64,000 bases of DNA from Squalus acanthias (taxonomy: Eukaryota), in the NCBI GenBank assembly GCA_030390025.1, contig CM059432.1, forward strand, positions 116,190,001 to 116,254,000, given 5' to 3'. Of the stretch, positions 38,153 through 51,467 are shown one piece after another (position 1 is the stretch's first letter; each line of letters begins with the position of its first letter). The translations under genes and the position numbers were made by a program. The notes beneath the pieces were generated by a model, which was given only the letters and a program-made list of their open reading frames with translations, was not told the origin of the DNA and ran no database searches.

Positions 38153-38399
38153 CAGTACTAGATTAATTAGCAACAATATAACTAGCTAGTGAGTGAGCAT
38201 TAATCTGCCTGACTCCCAGGTTCTTTGAACAAAGGTGTTATTTCAGCATATTAATATCTATAATGAAGGATTCAACGCATTCTTTGTTAGAAGGGGATCC
38301 TTGCGCTAACTGAAATTTTTTTTTAAAAATGCTTCAAAACTTATTTTTGTTCTGAAATCTAATACATGTAACGTATTTGTCACCAGTATCCTCCTGTAA

Positions 38400-40330
38400 G
38401 AGTGCTCATTTCAAACTCAGATACAGGCAAAACAAGAGGAAGACTGATTCTTGAAACAGCCACCAGGACCTCCAAGATCAGCATTGTCTGCTGCATACTG
38501 AATAACTGCCATTCCAAGAGGCCTAACGATGGAAGAGATAGAAGAGAAGGTCAATGCACAGCGAAGGCCAGATCAGAATACTGACAATGACTGAGAGGAT
38601 GTTGCTGTGGAAGAAACCTTTGCAGCCTAGAAGAGTAGTACATCATGCTCCGATACAAGAGACGGTTATGTAAATACTTGAGCAACCCACTTAACTAACC
38701 CTTGTTATCCACACTTGCACTATGCAGTGTCCCAAAATACCAGATTTGTCCTCGGCACTACCTCAAGTTGCCTTTCATCTGTTTGCTACCTTATTTTGAA
38801 CCATCCCTCGGTAGATGCAATTGAAGTGGAATGCCTGTGATGTGTCTGTGCTCCTGCATTAGCCAGCTGAAATGTTGATGGGGTGCGAACTGTGTGCAGT
38901 AGCGTAGGTGCTTCTGCCATGAGTGAGAGGGCTGGCTGTTGGTTGTTAGCAGGAGCCTCTTGGGATTGATGTGGTTCTGCATCTCCGTGTGCGCATTCAT
39001 GAAATGGCCTTGCAACTGGTTCTGCCATTGCTACACTAGTAGGCTGATCCTGACAGTTTTTTGACACACTTACTGTCATTCGACTCGGGTGGTGGTGGGG
39101 TGGTAGTGGGGGGGGAGAGGCAGGGCTAGCTGGTCCAGAAGTGACATCACCTGAAACAGAGCAGCCTCATCTGTGCTTTTTTCAACCTTGTTGCATACCT
39201 TTGCTGCTGGTAACTCCCTCAATGTGACCACTGATGGAAAGAGACCTAAAGGCAGCAATGAGGCCAATGAAACCAGTGAAGTCGTAACTTTCGATATCTG
39301 ATCTCCATGAATGGTGGAACTGGACATTGCCTCCATAACAATCAGTGTGAACATTCATGAGAGATTTCCCTCACAGTATTTAGGACCTGTTTCACTGGGG
39401 GCTCCACAGCAGATGCCCGTGGAGTTGCCCTTGGCTTCACTTGGACTGCAATGCTGATAAGCCTTCCTTCATGATTATTCAGATGCTATCAATGAACTCC
39501 TCCATGGTCATTGCCAGACTTTGCAGGATGCTAAGTATTAGCATAAGCTGGCCAGCAGGTTTCTGCTCCTCCCCTGCCTTCACCATTTCTGCTCATTACT
39601 CATGCTCAGTGATCCACCCAGTTCTCCCTCCCCAAGCTGACTACCTAAATCCTCCAGGGTGGATGTACCTGTGCTAGTGCTTATGACTAGTGGAGTGAGT
39701 GACCGAGGGTGCTATAATGTGCTATCTTGTTCTGGCCCATTAGCAGTTCAGGCTCCCCCCAATAGGAGCATGTGCTAAAATGCTCAGTGCATGGCACCCA
39801 TTTAAATTCAATTTAAATAGCAGTATACTGTGTGCCATGGTGTTCTGCTGCAGTGCATGCCTGTTTGACGCTGATTAAACTGAATGATTCAGTTGGAGGA
39901 TTGTAAATATCAAGAGCATGAATGGGCTATTCCCACAAATTTGCCCTCCCTCACTCTCTATGCTCTCAGTCCTAATAATTTCCATTGTTGCCTCCTCAAA
40001 GGGATTCCAGGTTGAAATTTCGGGGCTCTCCTCCACGTTAGTACACGCTATCCAATTATGTGTCACCTTGTCTGACAAGGAGAAAAGTAGTCTTGAGATA
40101 CTGAAAGTGTGAAGAGCACATACAGTGACACTCAAGTGCCCATCCTTCAGCCCTTTGTGTGTATAAATAAATAAAATTGTATCATGTATAATTGTTGATG
40201 TTGGAAGGAATTTTTTGTGTGATGCCCTTTCAAGATGTCGATGTCGCAAGGGTTCCATTCATAAGCTGCAGCTTGAATTTGTGTCCTGCTGCAGTGCGTA
40301 CATCCATGGTAAGCAACCGTGATAGTCTGA
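38400..40330. mobile_element. Highly decayed Harbinger (transposase C-terminus on +, Myb exon 2 on -)
   Basis: SKISIVCCILNN..RGLTMEEIEE at about 38470-38550 resembles [34 protein letters not shown] on minus at about 39970-40075 resembles Myb exon 2. Confidence 0.45.
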
Positions 40331-40382
40331 ATGTTTTACATGGGACAGCAGTTAATGTGGGGTAGGGTGCAAGGAAACACTT

Positions 40383-40979
40383 GGGGGGAATTTTAACCCC
40401 AAAAACGGGAAGGTTTGGGTCGGATGGGATGTTAAAATGTCAAAAATCTGAATCCCGAGCCCAACCCGGCCACCTCCAGTTTTAATGGAGGCGGGATGGG
40501 CAACCAACCCACTCCCACAAGGCAGGTTGGAAATTTAAATACTATAATGAGGCTGCGTGCCTCATATTTAACCACCATTTTAAATTTAGCACTGGCCAGC
40601 TGAGTTTTCCAGTCCTCGGGAAACCCGGCAGCTAAAGGGAGTCGCGGACTACTGGCTCCAGGAGGTAAGTGCCTTTCCACTTACTTGCTAGATCCAGTTT
40701 ACCTGCTTCACCCACCCCGCCCACAATCGGACACCCCCCACCGACCCTTCCGATATCCCCCCCCGACTCTTCTGCTCTCCCCCACAACTCTTCCGATCTC
40801 CCGACGGTCTCCGATCCCTCTCTCCCTCCTCGCTGCTATCCTGACTGTGGCCTGGTGTCGAAGGCCTACCCGCCCGGCAGCCAGCCAGGAAGCGGAGTCA
40901 AAAAATATTAATCAGGTCCTGCTGTTAAATTCGGTAGCCTCCCCCGCTCCATCCCCGCCTCCAAGTTAATATCCAGCCC
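40383..40979. mobile_element. Harbinger-type MITE
   Basis: Ends ggggggaatttt / aatatccagccc; internal homology to 33387-34078 (tataatgaggctg, aaacccggcag, taagtgcctt). Confidence 0.7.
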
Positions 40980-41406
40980 TATGTGTTGAATTTCCTTGGG
41001 GCTTATCCTGTTCCACCACTGTAACTTTGGCAGAAGTTCGGCAGAACCTCCATTACATCCGTAAATGGAGCTCCCCTTTAAAAGGCTGCTGCAGCCCTTA
41101 AAGCACCTGCGATAGAATTGAAAGTCCTGCTGCCCAAATCTATGAGCTCCCAGTTACTGACAATAGGCTCTCACAAGGAATAGATTATCAGACCCAAACC
41201 GAAAGTTGAAGTGGGATCAGTCACGATGGCTGCACGTGGGCTCAAAGCCTGCTGCATATTGTTCCCACTGTTACACCACGCATGAAGGAAAATCTGCCCT
41301 CCTGTTTTTGTAGGTTAAAATCCTCGCCTGAAATTATTTCAATCAATTTAAATAATGTTCCTTGGATACACCCTAATATAAAGCAGCTTTAGTCGTGAAG
41401 CCCATT

Positions 41407-42119
41407 GGCCCTGAATTTCTGATCGGAGGCTTCCTGCGGGCGGATGCCTCCGATCGGAAAAAATCTACGCTGGTTCCGTAGATTCCGAGGCTTGCGATCC
41501 TGGGCCTCTCCTTTTCAAAATGCACAGAAGCCCAGATATCCCAGGGGCGCAGACGGTTCGCAAGCGTCCCTGGGATCACGTGGGCCATGGGAAACCAATC
41601 AAAGAAGGGAATCCCCCTTCATACTTTTGACAGATCTGTCAAAAGTATGAATGGGGATCACATTTAAAAAGACAGTTAAACATAAAAAAAAAAATTTAAA
41701 TCACGTATTTAAAATTAGTTAAAATTACATTAAATTAAATATTTTAAACAAAAATTTTATTTTTTGAAAAAAATAATTAAAGTTTTTTACGGGGCTAAAA
41801 ATAAACTTACCTTTTTTAAAAGTATTTTTAAATTATAAATGAGTGAAATGTTTTTATTTTTTTTAAACTCTTATGCTGGTAAAAGCAGGCTTTACGTCTG
41901 CTATTACCAGGCATAAGATTTTTAAAGGCTTTCAGCGGGCGGAAGTTGTGCAGAAAGCGGAACTCTCTGCCCGCGGAGGCCCTACTCCCAGATTCTTGAC
42001 AGATCGCAAGTGGCGGGTTTTAGCGCATGCGCTTCGCATGCCTGAAACCGGCACTTGCGTGGCCCCTACGGGCACGTACACACCTCGTACGCAACCGTGG
42101 GGGTCGGAATATCCGGCCC
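41407..42119. mobile_element. Harbinger-type MITE with AT-rich core
   Basis: Imperfect TIRs ggccctgaatttc / gaatatccggccc; ATT duplication at 41404-41406 and 42120-42122. Confidence 0.7.
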
Positions 42120-43739
42120 ATTATCTTGCCATCTAATATTTACAGTCAACACCTAATGCTGTAGAAGCCTTCAGGGGGAGAAGCAATTGGAAGCTTTGTT
42201 TGATCCTAAGATTGGTAGCTGGCATAAATTGCACTTGAGAAGAATTTGTTCTTAAGTGATTTGTTCTTCTGTGAAGTACTGGTGTTCAAAATAAAACCAG
42301 CAATTAGCTGCATCAGCTGAGATTCCATGGCCACCCACATCAGTGGGCTAAACAAGCATTCTTGTGTGCCTCTCGTTTCATTTACTTTTTAATTGAAAAT
42401 TAAAAGCAGTGACATTTTTGTGCAAGCCGGTTTCTCGAGTATGCACTGGAGCTGAGGAACCTCGGCCACCGCCAGTGTGCGTCAGAAAATCAGGGCGCAA
42501 GGACCACGATTTTCCAATATGTGTTGGCGGTGGGTGAGGTTTCTCGCTGCCAGTGCATACTCGGAAAATTTGTGAACAGTTATCAGTAATTGTCGATTGT
42601 TTATTGATCAAATGCTGTTCGTCCACCGCATCAAAACGCTAACTCTTTGCCATTTTTTTCTATACTGTGCCGTTTATAAGTAGTATTACTCTGCAGGTGC
42701 CATTATGCTACAGACCAATGAGCAACTGGCAGGCCCAAGTTTTGCTGCCAGCTGTACATTGCACTTTGTCCAGTAACAAAGGAGCTCTGTGCATGTGTTT
42801 AACAGCCAGTTAAATTTTAATGTGAGGAGAGCATGGACAGGAATGATTCGCTTCCTACTAATATTAGAAAGAGTCAAATTTAAGTTTAAAAAGTTCCTAG
42901 GACAACTTCACACTGGTTTAGTGTTATGCCACACTGGATACAAAGCCCAACTGGTATGCTTGGCTTTTGTACATTCAGGAATCAGGTTATCAACCTGACT
43001 CTGAGTTATACTGTTGCTTTTGCTTGATGTGCGTCTGAAACTACTTAGCATCAACATGAAAACAGTCGTATAACAACACAGTATATGGTATTACTTAAGC
43101 AAAGGACGCTGTTTCCATGGACTCCCATTGAAAATAAGGGAAATTCCAGAAATGCCTAGACATGAAAGTCAATCCATGCTACACCTGAACAATAAGCATT
43201 CACATACACATATAAAAACCTTCTCACATTCTTACTACACATAAGAATTAGAAGCAAGAGTAGGCCATATGGCCCCTCGAGAACAAAATTATTCCATTAC
43301 ATGATGTGAGTTTTAGTATTGTCCAAAGCCCCTCAGGAGGTGTGGCAATGCTATCTATGTTCATGAACCTTTGCAAAAAGGGTAGATCGAAATAAAAAGT
43401 GGTGGAATGTCAGGAGGAGGTGCCAGCAGATTAGTCATCTATGGTTAGTGCTGCCCCTCAAAAGCAAGAGTAAAAACCTCTAGCAAAATGTGTTTTGACC
43501 AAACGGCCAACTTAAACAGCCTCAGAGGCACGTTGAAAGTAAATAGTTAACTCCAGATCAGACCTGCAGCTAGCGCGGATAACAATGGTGAAGAATGTGA
43601 GTGATAGAAAAGCATTGAAAGCAGTAAGTACGACAAAAGTTTTTGGCTGAAAGCATGTATGTGACAGCCATGTTGGGCACATCGTTGTGAAGGAGGGGAA
43701 GAGAAAGGCCTTGAAGCAGAGAGGGCACTGGAGGCTCAC

Positions 43740-44015
43740 AGGTCGCAGCAGATGGTATTGTGCAATAGAATCAACTTCCTGGGCAGGATGGAGGAGCAGT
43801 GCCTGAGGAGGCTCAGCCTCAGCAGGGACATCAATGTGCTGCCTGGTGCAGGAGGAATTGGACAGATGGTCAATTACCTGTAATGTAATACCAGTGGTAT
43901 TGAAGCTCAGCAGTACCCTCAACTTTCATGTCATAGGCAACATTCTAAGCACTATGAAAGAAGTCTCAAGGGTAGCTGCTTTACTGTGTACTACTCCATT
44001 AAGGAGGTGACTGGT
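43740..44015 (+). pseudogene. Ancient Harbinger transposase N-terminal remnant
   Basis: NRINFLGRMEEQCLRRLSLSR..IPVVLKLSSTLNF aligns with [33 protein letters not shown]. Confidence 0.65.
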
Positions 44016-44205
44016 CACCGGTATTTCCACACTTCTTGCTATACTATGTGCACCTCCGTAGAAACCAGCAGCAGACCAGAAACTACTGGGAGGGAAACAG
44101 ATACTTGAGGGTCTTCTTGTCCAATTCTTTCAGTGAGCTCTTCGTTTGGGCACTGTTACCCTCTGTTGGATATATTTGCAATTAATGAACTGCTGTCTAC
44201 TCCAC

Positions 44206-44422
44206 AATAGCAAAATACTGCGGATGCTGGAAATCTGAAATAACAACAGAAAATGCTGGAAACACTCAGCAGGTCAGGCAGCATCCGTGGAGAGAGGAAC
44301 AGAGTCAACGTTTCAGGTTAGGTTCTGACGATGGGTCACAGACCTGAAACGTTAACTCTGTTTTTCTCTCTCCATGGATGCTGCCTGACCTGCTGAGTGT
44401 TTCCAGCATTTTTTGTTGTTAT
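44206..44422. mobile_element. Foldback mini Penelope-like insertion (family 2) with hammerhead motif at 44321-44357 (+)
   Basis: Inverted arms around ggtt-CTGACGA-tgGGTC aca GACC-t-GAAA-cGTT-aact; TSD-like tgctgtctactccac (44191-44205) / tgctgtttattccac (44423-44437). Confidence 0.8.
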
Positions 44423-44994
44423 TGCTGTTTATTCCACCTGGTTTCATTTTTGCGGTAAATTGCATGGGTCAAATTTTCCTCTTTTGCACTTGGGTGTACA
44501 ATTCTACCTGCCCAATATTCCTCTGAGCACTCTGTCCAGGCGATTATTTACTCCCAAGTGCTTCAGAGGTAATCTCCCCTCATATGTTCTATTAGGTTTA
44601 TTCTTGGACAACTGACACAGTGAAAGAATTACAGACTGCTCTTCTGTAATACTTGTCGTGGGCAGAAAGAGTTCTCAAAGCACTTTACATTAATCAGAAG
44701 AAATACAGTGTACACAAAAGGAAAAACAGAAAAGGTTGGGTTGAGGGACCAAAGCCACGGTCAAAGAGAAGAATTTGAGCACATCGTTGAAAATCTGAAG
44801 AGAGATGGAAGGCAGAATTAACTATACAAGAAGATCCAAAGGGCTGGAGTATAGAGCCTGCCAAAGCAACCACAAGTGGTGAAGTGGAGGAGTGATGGAC
44901 AGGGAGTCATCCAGTGTTAGAGAAGCAGAGGGTGTGCTTGGGAATGTAAGGCTGGAGGAGATTAGTAAGGCAGTGTGCGAGAGGGGATTTAAAA

Positions 44995-47530
44995 AAAAAT
45001 AGTTCCTGGGATGTGGGCATTGCTGGCAATGCCAGCATTTATTGTCCATCCCTAATTGCCCTTCAGAAGGTGGTGTTGAGCCACCTTCTTGAACTGCTGC
45101 AGTCCATGTGGTGAAGGTACTCCCACAGTGCTGTTAGGTAGGGAGTTCCAGGATTTTGACCCCGCGAAGATGAAGGAACGGTGATATAATTCCAAGTCAG
45201 GATGGTGTGCGACTTGGAGGGGAACTTGGAGGTGATAATGTTCCCATGCACCTGCTGCCCTTGTCCTTCTAGGCGGTAGAGGTCACGGGTTCAGGAGGTG
45301 CTGTCAAAGTAGCCTTGGCGAGTTGCTGCAGTGCATCTTGTAGATGGTACACACTGCTGCCAGGGTACGCCGGTGATGGAGGGAGTAAATGATTAAGGTG
45401 GTGGATGGGGTGCCAATCAAGCAGGCTGTTTGTCCTGGATGGTGTCGAGCTTCTTGAGTGATGTTGGAGCTGCATTCATCCAGGCAAGTGGAGAGTATTC
45501 CATTACACTCTGATGTGTGCCTTGTAGATGGTGGAAAGGCTTTGGGGAGTCAGGAGGTGAGACACTCGCCACAGAATACCCAGCCTCTGACCTGCTCTTG
45601 TTGCCACAGTATTTATGTGGCTGGTCCGGTTAAGTTTCTGGTCAATGATGACCCCCCAGGATGTTGATGGTGGAGGATTCGGCGATGGTAATGCTGTTGA
45701 ATGTCAAGGGGAGGTGGTTAGACTCTCGCTTGTTGGAGACAGTCATTGCCTGGCATTTCTGTGGCGCAAATGTTATTTGCCACTTATCAGCCCAAACCTG
45801 AATGTCATCCAGGTCTTGCTGCATGCGGGCATGGACTGCTTCATTATCTGAAGAGTTGCGAATGGAACTGAACACTGTGCAATCATCAGCGAACATCTCC
45901 ACTTCTGACCTTATGATGGAAGGAAGGTCATTGATGAAGCAGCTGAAGATATTTGGGCCTAGGACACTGCCCTGAGGAACTACTGCAGCGATGTCCTGGG
46001 ACTGTGATGATTGACCTCCAACAACCACAACCATCTTCCTTTGTGCTAGTATGACTTCAGCCAGTGGAGAGTTTTCCCCCTGATTCCCATTGACTTCAGT
46101 TTTATTAGGGCTCCTTGATGCCACACTCGGTCAAATGCTGCCTTGATGTCAAGGGCAGTCACTCTCACCTCACCTCTGGAATTCAGCTCTGTTGTCCATG
46201 TTCGGACCAAGGCTGTAATGAGATCTGGAGCCGAGTGGTCCTGGTGGATCCTAAACTGGGCATCAGTGAGCAGGTTATTGGTAAGTGCCGCTTGATAGCA
46301 CTGTCAACGACACCTTCCATCACTTTGCTGATGATTGAGAGTAGACTGATGGGGCGGTAATTGGCCGGATTGGATTTGTCCTGCTTTTTGTTGTCAGAAC
46401 ATACCTGGGCAGTTTTCCACATTGTCGGATAGCTGTACTGGAACAGCTTGGCTAGAGGCGTGGCTAGTTCTGGAGCACAAGTCTTCAGCACGATAGCTGG
46501 AATGTTGTCGGGGCCCATAGCCTTTGCTGTATCCAGTGCGCTCAGCAGTTTCTTGAAATCACGTGGAGTGAATCTAATTGGCTGAAGACTGACTTCTGTG
46601 ATGGTGGGGACCTCAGGAGTAGGCCGATATGGATCATCTACTCGGCACTTCTGGCTGAAGATGGTTGAAAACGCTTCAGCTTTGTCATTTGCACTCACGT
46701 GCTGGGCTTTGCCATTATTGAGGATGGGGATATTCATGGAGCCTCCTCCTCCCGTTAGTTATTTAAAGGTCCACCACCATTCATGACTGGATGTGACAGG
46801 GCTGCAAAGCTTTGATCTGATCCGTTGATTGTTGGATCGCTTAGCCCTGTCTATAGCAGGCTGCTTCTGCTTTTTAGCATGCATGTAGTCCTGTGTTGCA
46901 GCTTCCCCAGGTTGGCCCCTCATTTTTAGGTACGCCTGGTGCTGCTCCCGGCATGCTCTTCTACACTCCTTATTGAACCAGGGTTGGTCCCCTGGCTTGG
47001 TGGTAATGGTGGAGTGAGGGATATGCCGGGCCATGAGGTTACAGATTGTGGTGGAATACAATTCTGCTGCTGCTGATGGCCCACAGCGCCTCATGGAGGC
47101 TCCATTTTGAGCTGCTAGATCTGTTCTGAATCTATCCCATTTAGCATGGTGGTAGTGCCACACAACATGATGGAGGGTGTCCTCTGTGTGAAGATAGGGC
47201 TTCATCTCCACAATGACTGTGCGGTGGTCACTGCTACCAATGCTGTCATGGACAGATGCATCTGCAACAGGTAGATTGGTGAGGACAAGGTCAAGTAGGT
47301 TATTCCCTCGTGTTGGTTCTCTCACCACCTGTCGCAGGCCCAGACTGGCAGTTATGTCCTTCAGGACTCAGCCAGCTCGGTTAGTAGTGGTGCTACCGAG
47401 CCACTCTTGGTGATGGACATTGAAGTCCCCCACCCAGAGTAAATTCTGTGCCATTGCTACTCTCAGTGCTTCTTCCAAGTGGTGTTCAACATGGAGGAGT
47501 ACTGATTCATCAGCTGAGGGAGGGCGATAG
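44995..47530 (-). mobile_element. CR1-superfamily LINE of a different lineage (EN-RT, fragmented)
   Basis: [49 protein letters not shown]; 3' tail gggcaattagggatgg.caataaatgctgg. Exact clade not resolvable by eye. Confidence 0.85.
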
Positions 47531-47966
47531 TGTGTATAGAAATAGGTGGATAGATCTGCTGACTGCATGGCTGGAGAGATGGTGCAGGAGGGAGGGCTTT
47601 AGATTCCTGGGACATTGGGACCAGTTCTGGGGAAGGTGGGACCTGTACGGGCTGGACGGGTTGCACCTCAACAGAGCTGGTACCAATATCCTCATGGGGA
47701 GGTTTGCTAGTGCTGTTAGGGAGGGTTTGAACTAATTTGGCAGTGGGATAGGCACCAGGATGTAGCATTAGAAAGGAGAAACAAAGGGCACAAAGGATGG
47801 GGAGAGACAGATAGAGTAAGAAATAGTGAGGTATTAGGTGGGGTCAGACTAAGTGTGGTAAATAAGTTTGGTGAGCTGCTGGTGCAAATAGCCACATGGA
47901 AATATGATGTTGTGGCGATAACGGAGACCTGGCTCAAAAAAGGGCAGGATTACTTTTGGATATAAG

Positions 47967-48378
47967 GGGCTGGATTTTGAATGAACCATGGAGTCGGGTT
48001 TGGAGGCGTGTGGGGGGTTAAATTTGCGGGGTCGGGGTTTCCGACCCCATCCCGACTCCATCCCGCCTCCACGCAATTTTGACATAATCAGTCGCGGGGT
48101 TCCCAACTCCGTCCCGCCTTCAAGAGGCGGGAGAGGCCATTAAAGCCCTTAACAAGCTCTAAATTGGCTCTGTAATGCCATTTTGAAACGCTGTAGCTAG
48201 TTTAACCCTCTTCTGACGTGAAGTACGCCTGGTGTGAAACACTCCAGTGAAACCTGGCGGGAGCACAAGTGGATAGCTGACTATCGGCTGCAGGTGCACT
48301 ATTAGAACGGAGATGTGATGCTGCTGCATTGAATGTCTTCAGAGACTGCCTGGGAGGACTTGCTTGGCAAAAACAAAT

Positions 48379-48418
<40 letters not shown>

Positions 48419-48671
48419 CCACCACCACCACCCGGTCCACTCACACATCAAAAGCCAGACAGGTCCTCTCTCACCAACAGTCTCTGGGACTATCATCAGA
48501 GGCGACTTTCAGACTGAAAACACTAATTAGTTCATGGGTTCCCACATGCTCCAACTCAATTGCCCAATTAAGTGAAAATTGCATCAGCCATCCACATTAA
48601 TCTGGAGTCGGGGGGAAACATGAAATGCGGATTACACGACCCCAACCCGACCCCAAGACAAAATCCAGCCC
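47967..48671. mobile_element. MITE related to the 19091-23329 Harbinger
   Basis: Perfect GGGCTGGATTTT TIRs; both subterminal regions match the large element; TSD aag/agg; internal (CT)n. Confidence 0.88.
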
Positions 48672-49959
48672 AGGGTGTTCAGGAAAGATAGGGAAGGGAA
48701 GAAAGGAAGTGGTGTGGTAGCATTGGTTAAGGAGAATATTACAGTGCTGGAGAGGTTCAATCACAGAATCTATAGTGGTTAGATTTAAGAAATAATAGAG
48801 GTGCCATTACACTACTAGTTGTATTCTATAGGCCACCAAATAATGGGAAAGATATAGAGGAGCAAACTTGCAGGGAAATTACAGAGAGGCGCAAGAACTA
48901 TAGAGTAGTAATAATGGGGATCTTCAATTATCCTAATATAGACTGGGATGGTAATAGTGTAAAGGGCAGAGAGTGGGAAGAATTTCTGAAGTATGTTCAG
49001 GAGAACTTTCTTGATCAGTACGTTTCCGGCCCAACGAGGAAGGAGGCATTGCTGGATCTGCTTCTGCGGAATGAGGTTGGTCAAGTAGAGCAAGTGTCAG
49101 TAGGGGAACATTTAGGGAATAATGATCATAGTATCATAAGGTTTAGATTAGCTATAGAAAAGGACAGGGAGCAAGCTAGAGTAAAAATACTTAATTGGAA
49201 GAAGGCAAATTTCAGTGGGTTGAGAACGGATCTGGCCAGGGTAAATTGGAATCAAAGACTGGCAGGCAAAACTGTTATCGACCAAAGGGCTGCCTTTAAA
49301 TAGGAGATGGTTCAGGTACAGTCGAGGTACATTCTCACGAGGGGGAAAGGTAGGGCAACTAAAGCCAGAGCTCCCTGGATGAGGAAAGAGATAGAGAGTA
49401 AGATGAAGCAGAAAAAGAGCACGTATGACAAATGTCAGTTTGAGAATACAAGTGAGAATCAGGCTGAATATAGAAAGTTCAGAGGGGAAGTGAAAAATAA
49501 AATAAGAGGGGCAAAGAGAGAGTATGAGAATAGATTGGCAGCTGACATAAAAGGGAATTCAAAAGTCTTCTTTATGCATATAAATAATAAACGGGTAGTA
49601 AGAGGCGGGGTGGGGCCAATTAGTGACCAAAAAGGAGACCTACGCATGGAGGCAGAGGTTATGGCTGAGGTACTAAATGAGTACTTTGCATCTGTCTTCA
49701 CCAAGGAAGAAGATGCTGCCAAAGTCATAGTGAAAGATGAGGTAGCAGAGATACCGAATGAGATAAAAATTGATAAAGAGGAGGTACTAGAAAGGCTGTC
49801 TGTATTTAAGTTGATAAGCCACCACAACCAGATGGTCTGCATCCTAGGATGCTGGAGGAAGTTAAGGAGGAAATCGCGAAGGTACTGGCCATAATCGTCC
49901 AATCCTCCTCAGATACGGGGGTGGTGCCAGAGGACTGGAGAATTGCAAATGTTACACCC

Positions 49960-50087
49960 TTCACCACACAGACTGCAGTGGTTCAAGAAGGTGACTCACC
50001 ACCACCTTCTCAAGGGCAACAAGGGATGGGCAATAAATGCTGGCCTTGCCAGTGACGCCCACATTCCATGAACGAATAAAAATAAAA
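49960..50087 (+). mobile_element. Short 3' tail insertion of the 44995-47530 LINE family
   Basis: gttcaagaagg..ccttctcaagggcaa..gggatgggcaataaatgctggcc plus A-rich end, splitting CR1 gttacaccctt|gttcaaa. Confidence 0.75.
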
Positions 50088-50740
50088 CCTTGTTCAAAAA
50101 AGTGTGTAAGGATAAACCCAGCAACTACAGGTCAGTCAGTTTAACCTCGGTAGTGGGGAAGCATTTAGAAACCAAAATCAGGGACAAGTGTGGATTAATT
50201 AAGGAAACCTAGCACGGATTTATTAAAGGCAAATCGTGTTTAACTAACTTGATCGAGTTTTTTGATGAGGTAACAGAGAGGGTTGATGAGAGTAGTGGTG
50301 AATGGTTGTTTTTCGGACTGGAGGAAGGTATCCAGTGGTGTTCCCCAGGGGTCAGTACTAGGACCGCTGCTTTACTTGATATATATTAATGACTTGGACT
50401 TGGGAGTACAGGATACAATTTCAAAATTTGCAGATGACACAAAACTTGGAAGTATATTGAACAGTGAGGAGGATAGTGTTAGACTTCAAAAAGACATAGA
50501 CAGTTTGGTGGAATGGGCGGACACATGGCAGATGAAATTTAACGCAGAAAAGTGCGAAGTGATACATTTTGGTAGGAAGAACGAGGAGAGGCAATATAAA
50601 TTAAAGGGTACAATCCTAAAGGGGGTGCATGAACAGAGAGACCTGGGGGTATATGTGCACAAATCGTTGAAGGTGCAGGGCAAGTTGAGAAAGCGGTTAA
50701 AAAAACATACGGGATACTGGGCTTCATAAATAGAGACATA

Positions 50741-51424
50741 GGGCTGGATTTTGATACTGGGGCGGGTTGGGGTCGTGTCATCCGCTTTTCGTGTTATCCA
50801 CCCGACTGCAATTGGATGTGGGAGATTGATGGAATTTTCACCTAATTGGGCAATTGAGTTCCAGCATGTGGGAACCCATGACCCAATTAGTGTTTTCAGT
50901 CTGAAAGTCGCCTCTGATGATGTCATCATTGCTGCTGCATTGAAGGTCAGAGACTGCTTGGCCTTTGCTGTGAGAGGACCTGGATGCAAAATCAGCAGCA
51001 GCTCTAAGGAGAGAGAGAGAGAGATAGCGAGAGAGAGAGAGAGAGAGAATTTTTTTTTCCTGCACCACCACTCCCAGATATGGCTCCTCCATCCCAGATG
51101 CCTGCCAGCCCCAGAGAGTCAGCTATCCTCCCGCCAGGTTTCACAATCGTGTTTCAGAACAGGCGTGCTTCACAGAGAACAAGGGTTAAAATCACAAAGG
51201 CCTTTCAAAATGGCATTATAGAGCCAATTTAGTGCTTGTTAAGAGCCTTAACAGCCTATCCCGTCTCTTAGAGGCGGGACGGAGTCGGGACCAGCAGACA
51301 CGATTTAATGAAAATTGCGTGGAGGTGGGATGTTGGCGGACTTGTGCCCGCCCGCCAGTTTTTGCAATTTTAACCCCCCACACACCTCCAAACCCACCTC
51401 CACGGGTCAATGAAAATCCAGCCC
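50741..51424. mobile_element. MITE related to the 19091-23329 Harbinger, reverse orientation
   Basis: Perfect 12-bp TIRs; ATA TSD (50738-50740, 51425-51427); internal (GA)n. Confidence 0.9.
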
Positions 51425-51467
51425 ATAGAGTACAAAAGCAAGGAAGTTATGTTGAACCTTTATAAAA

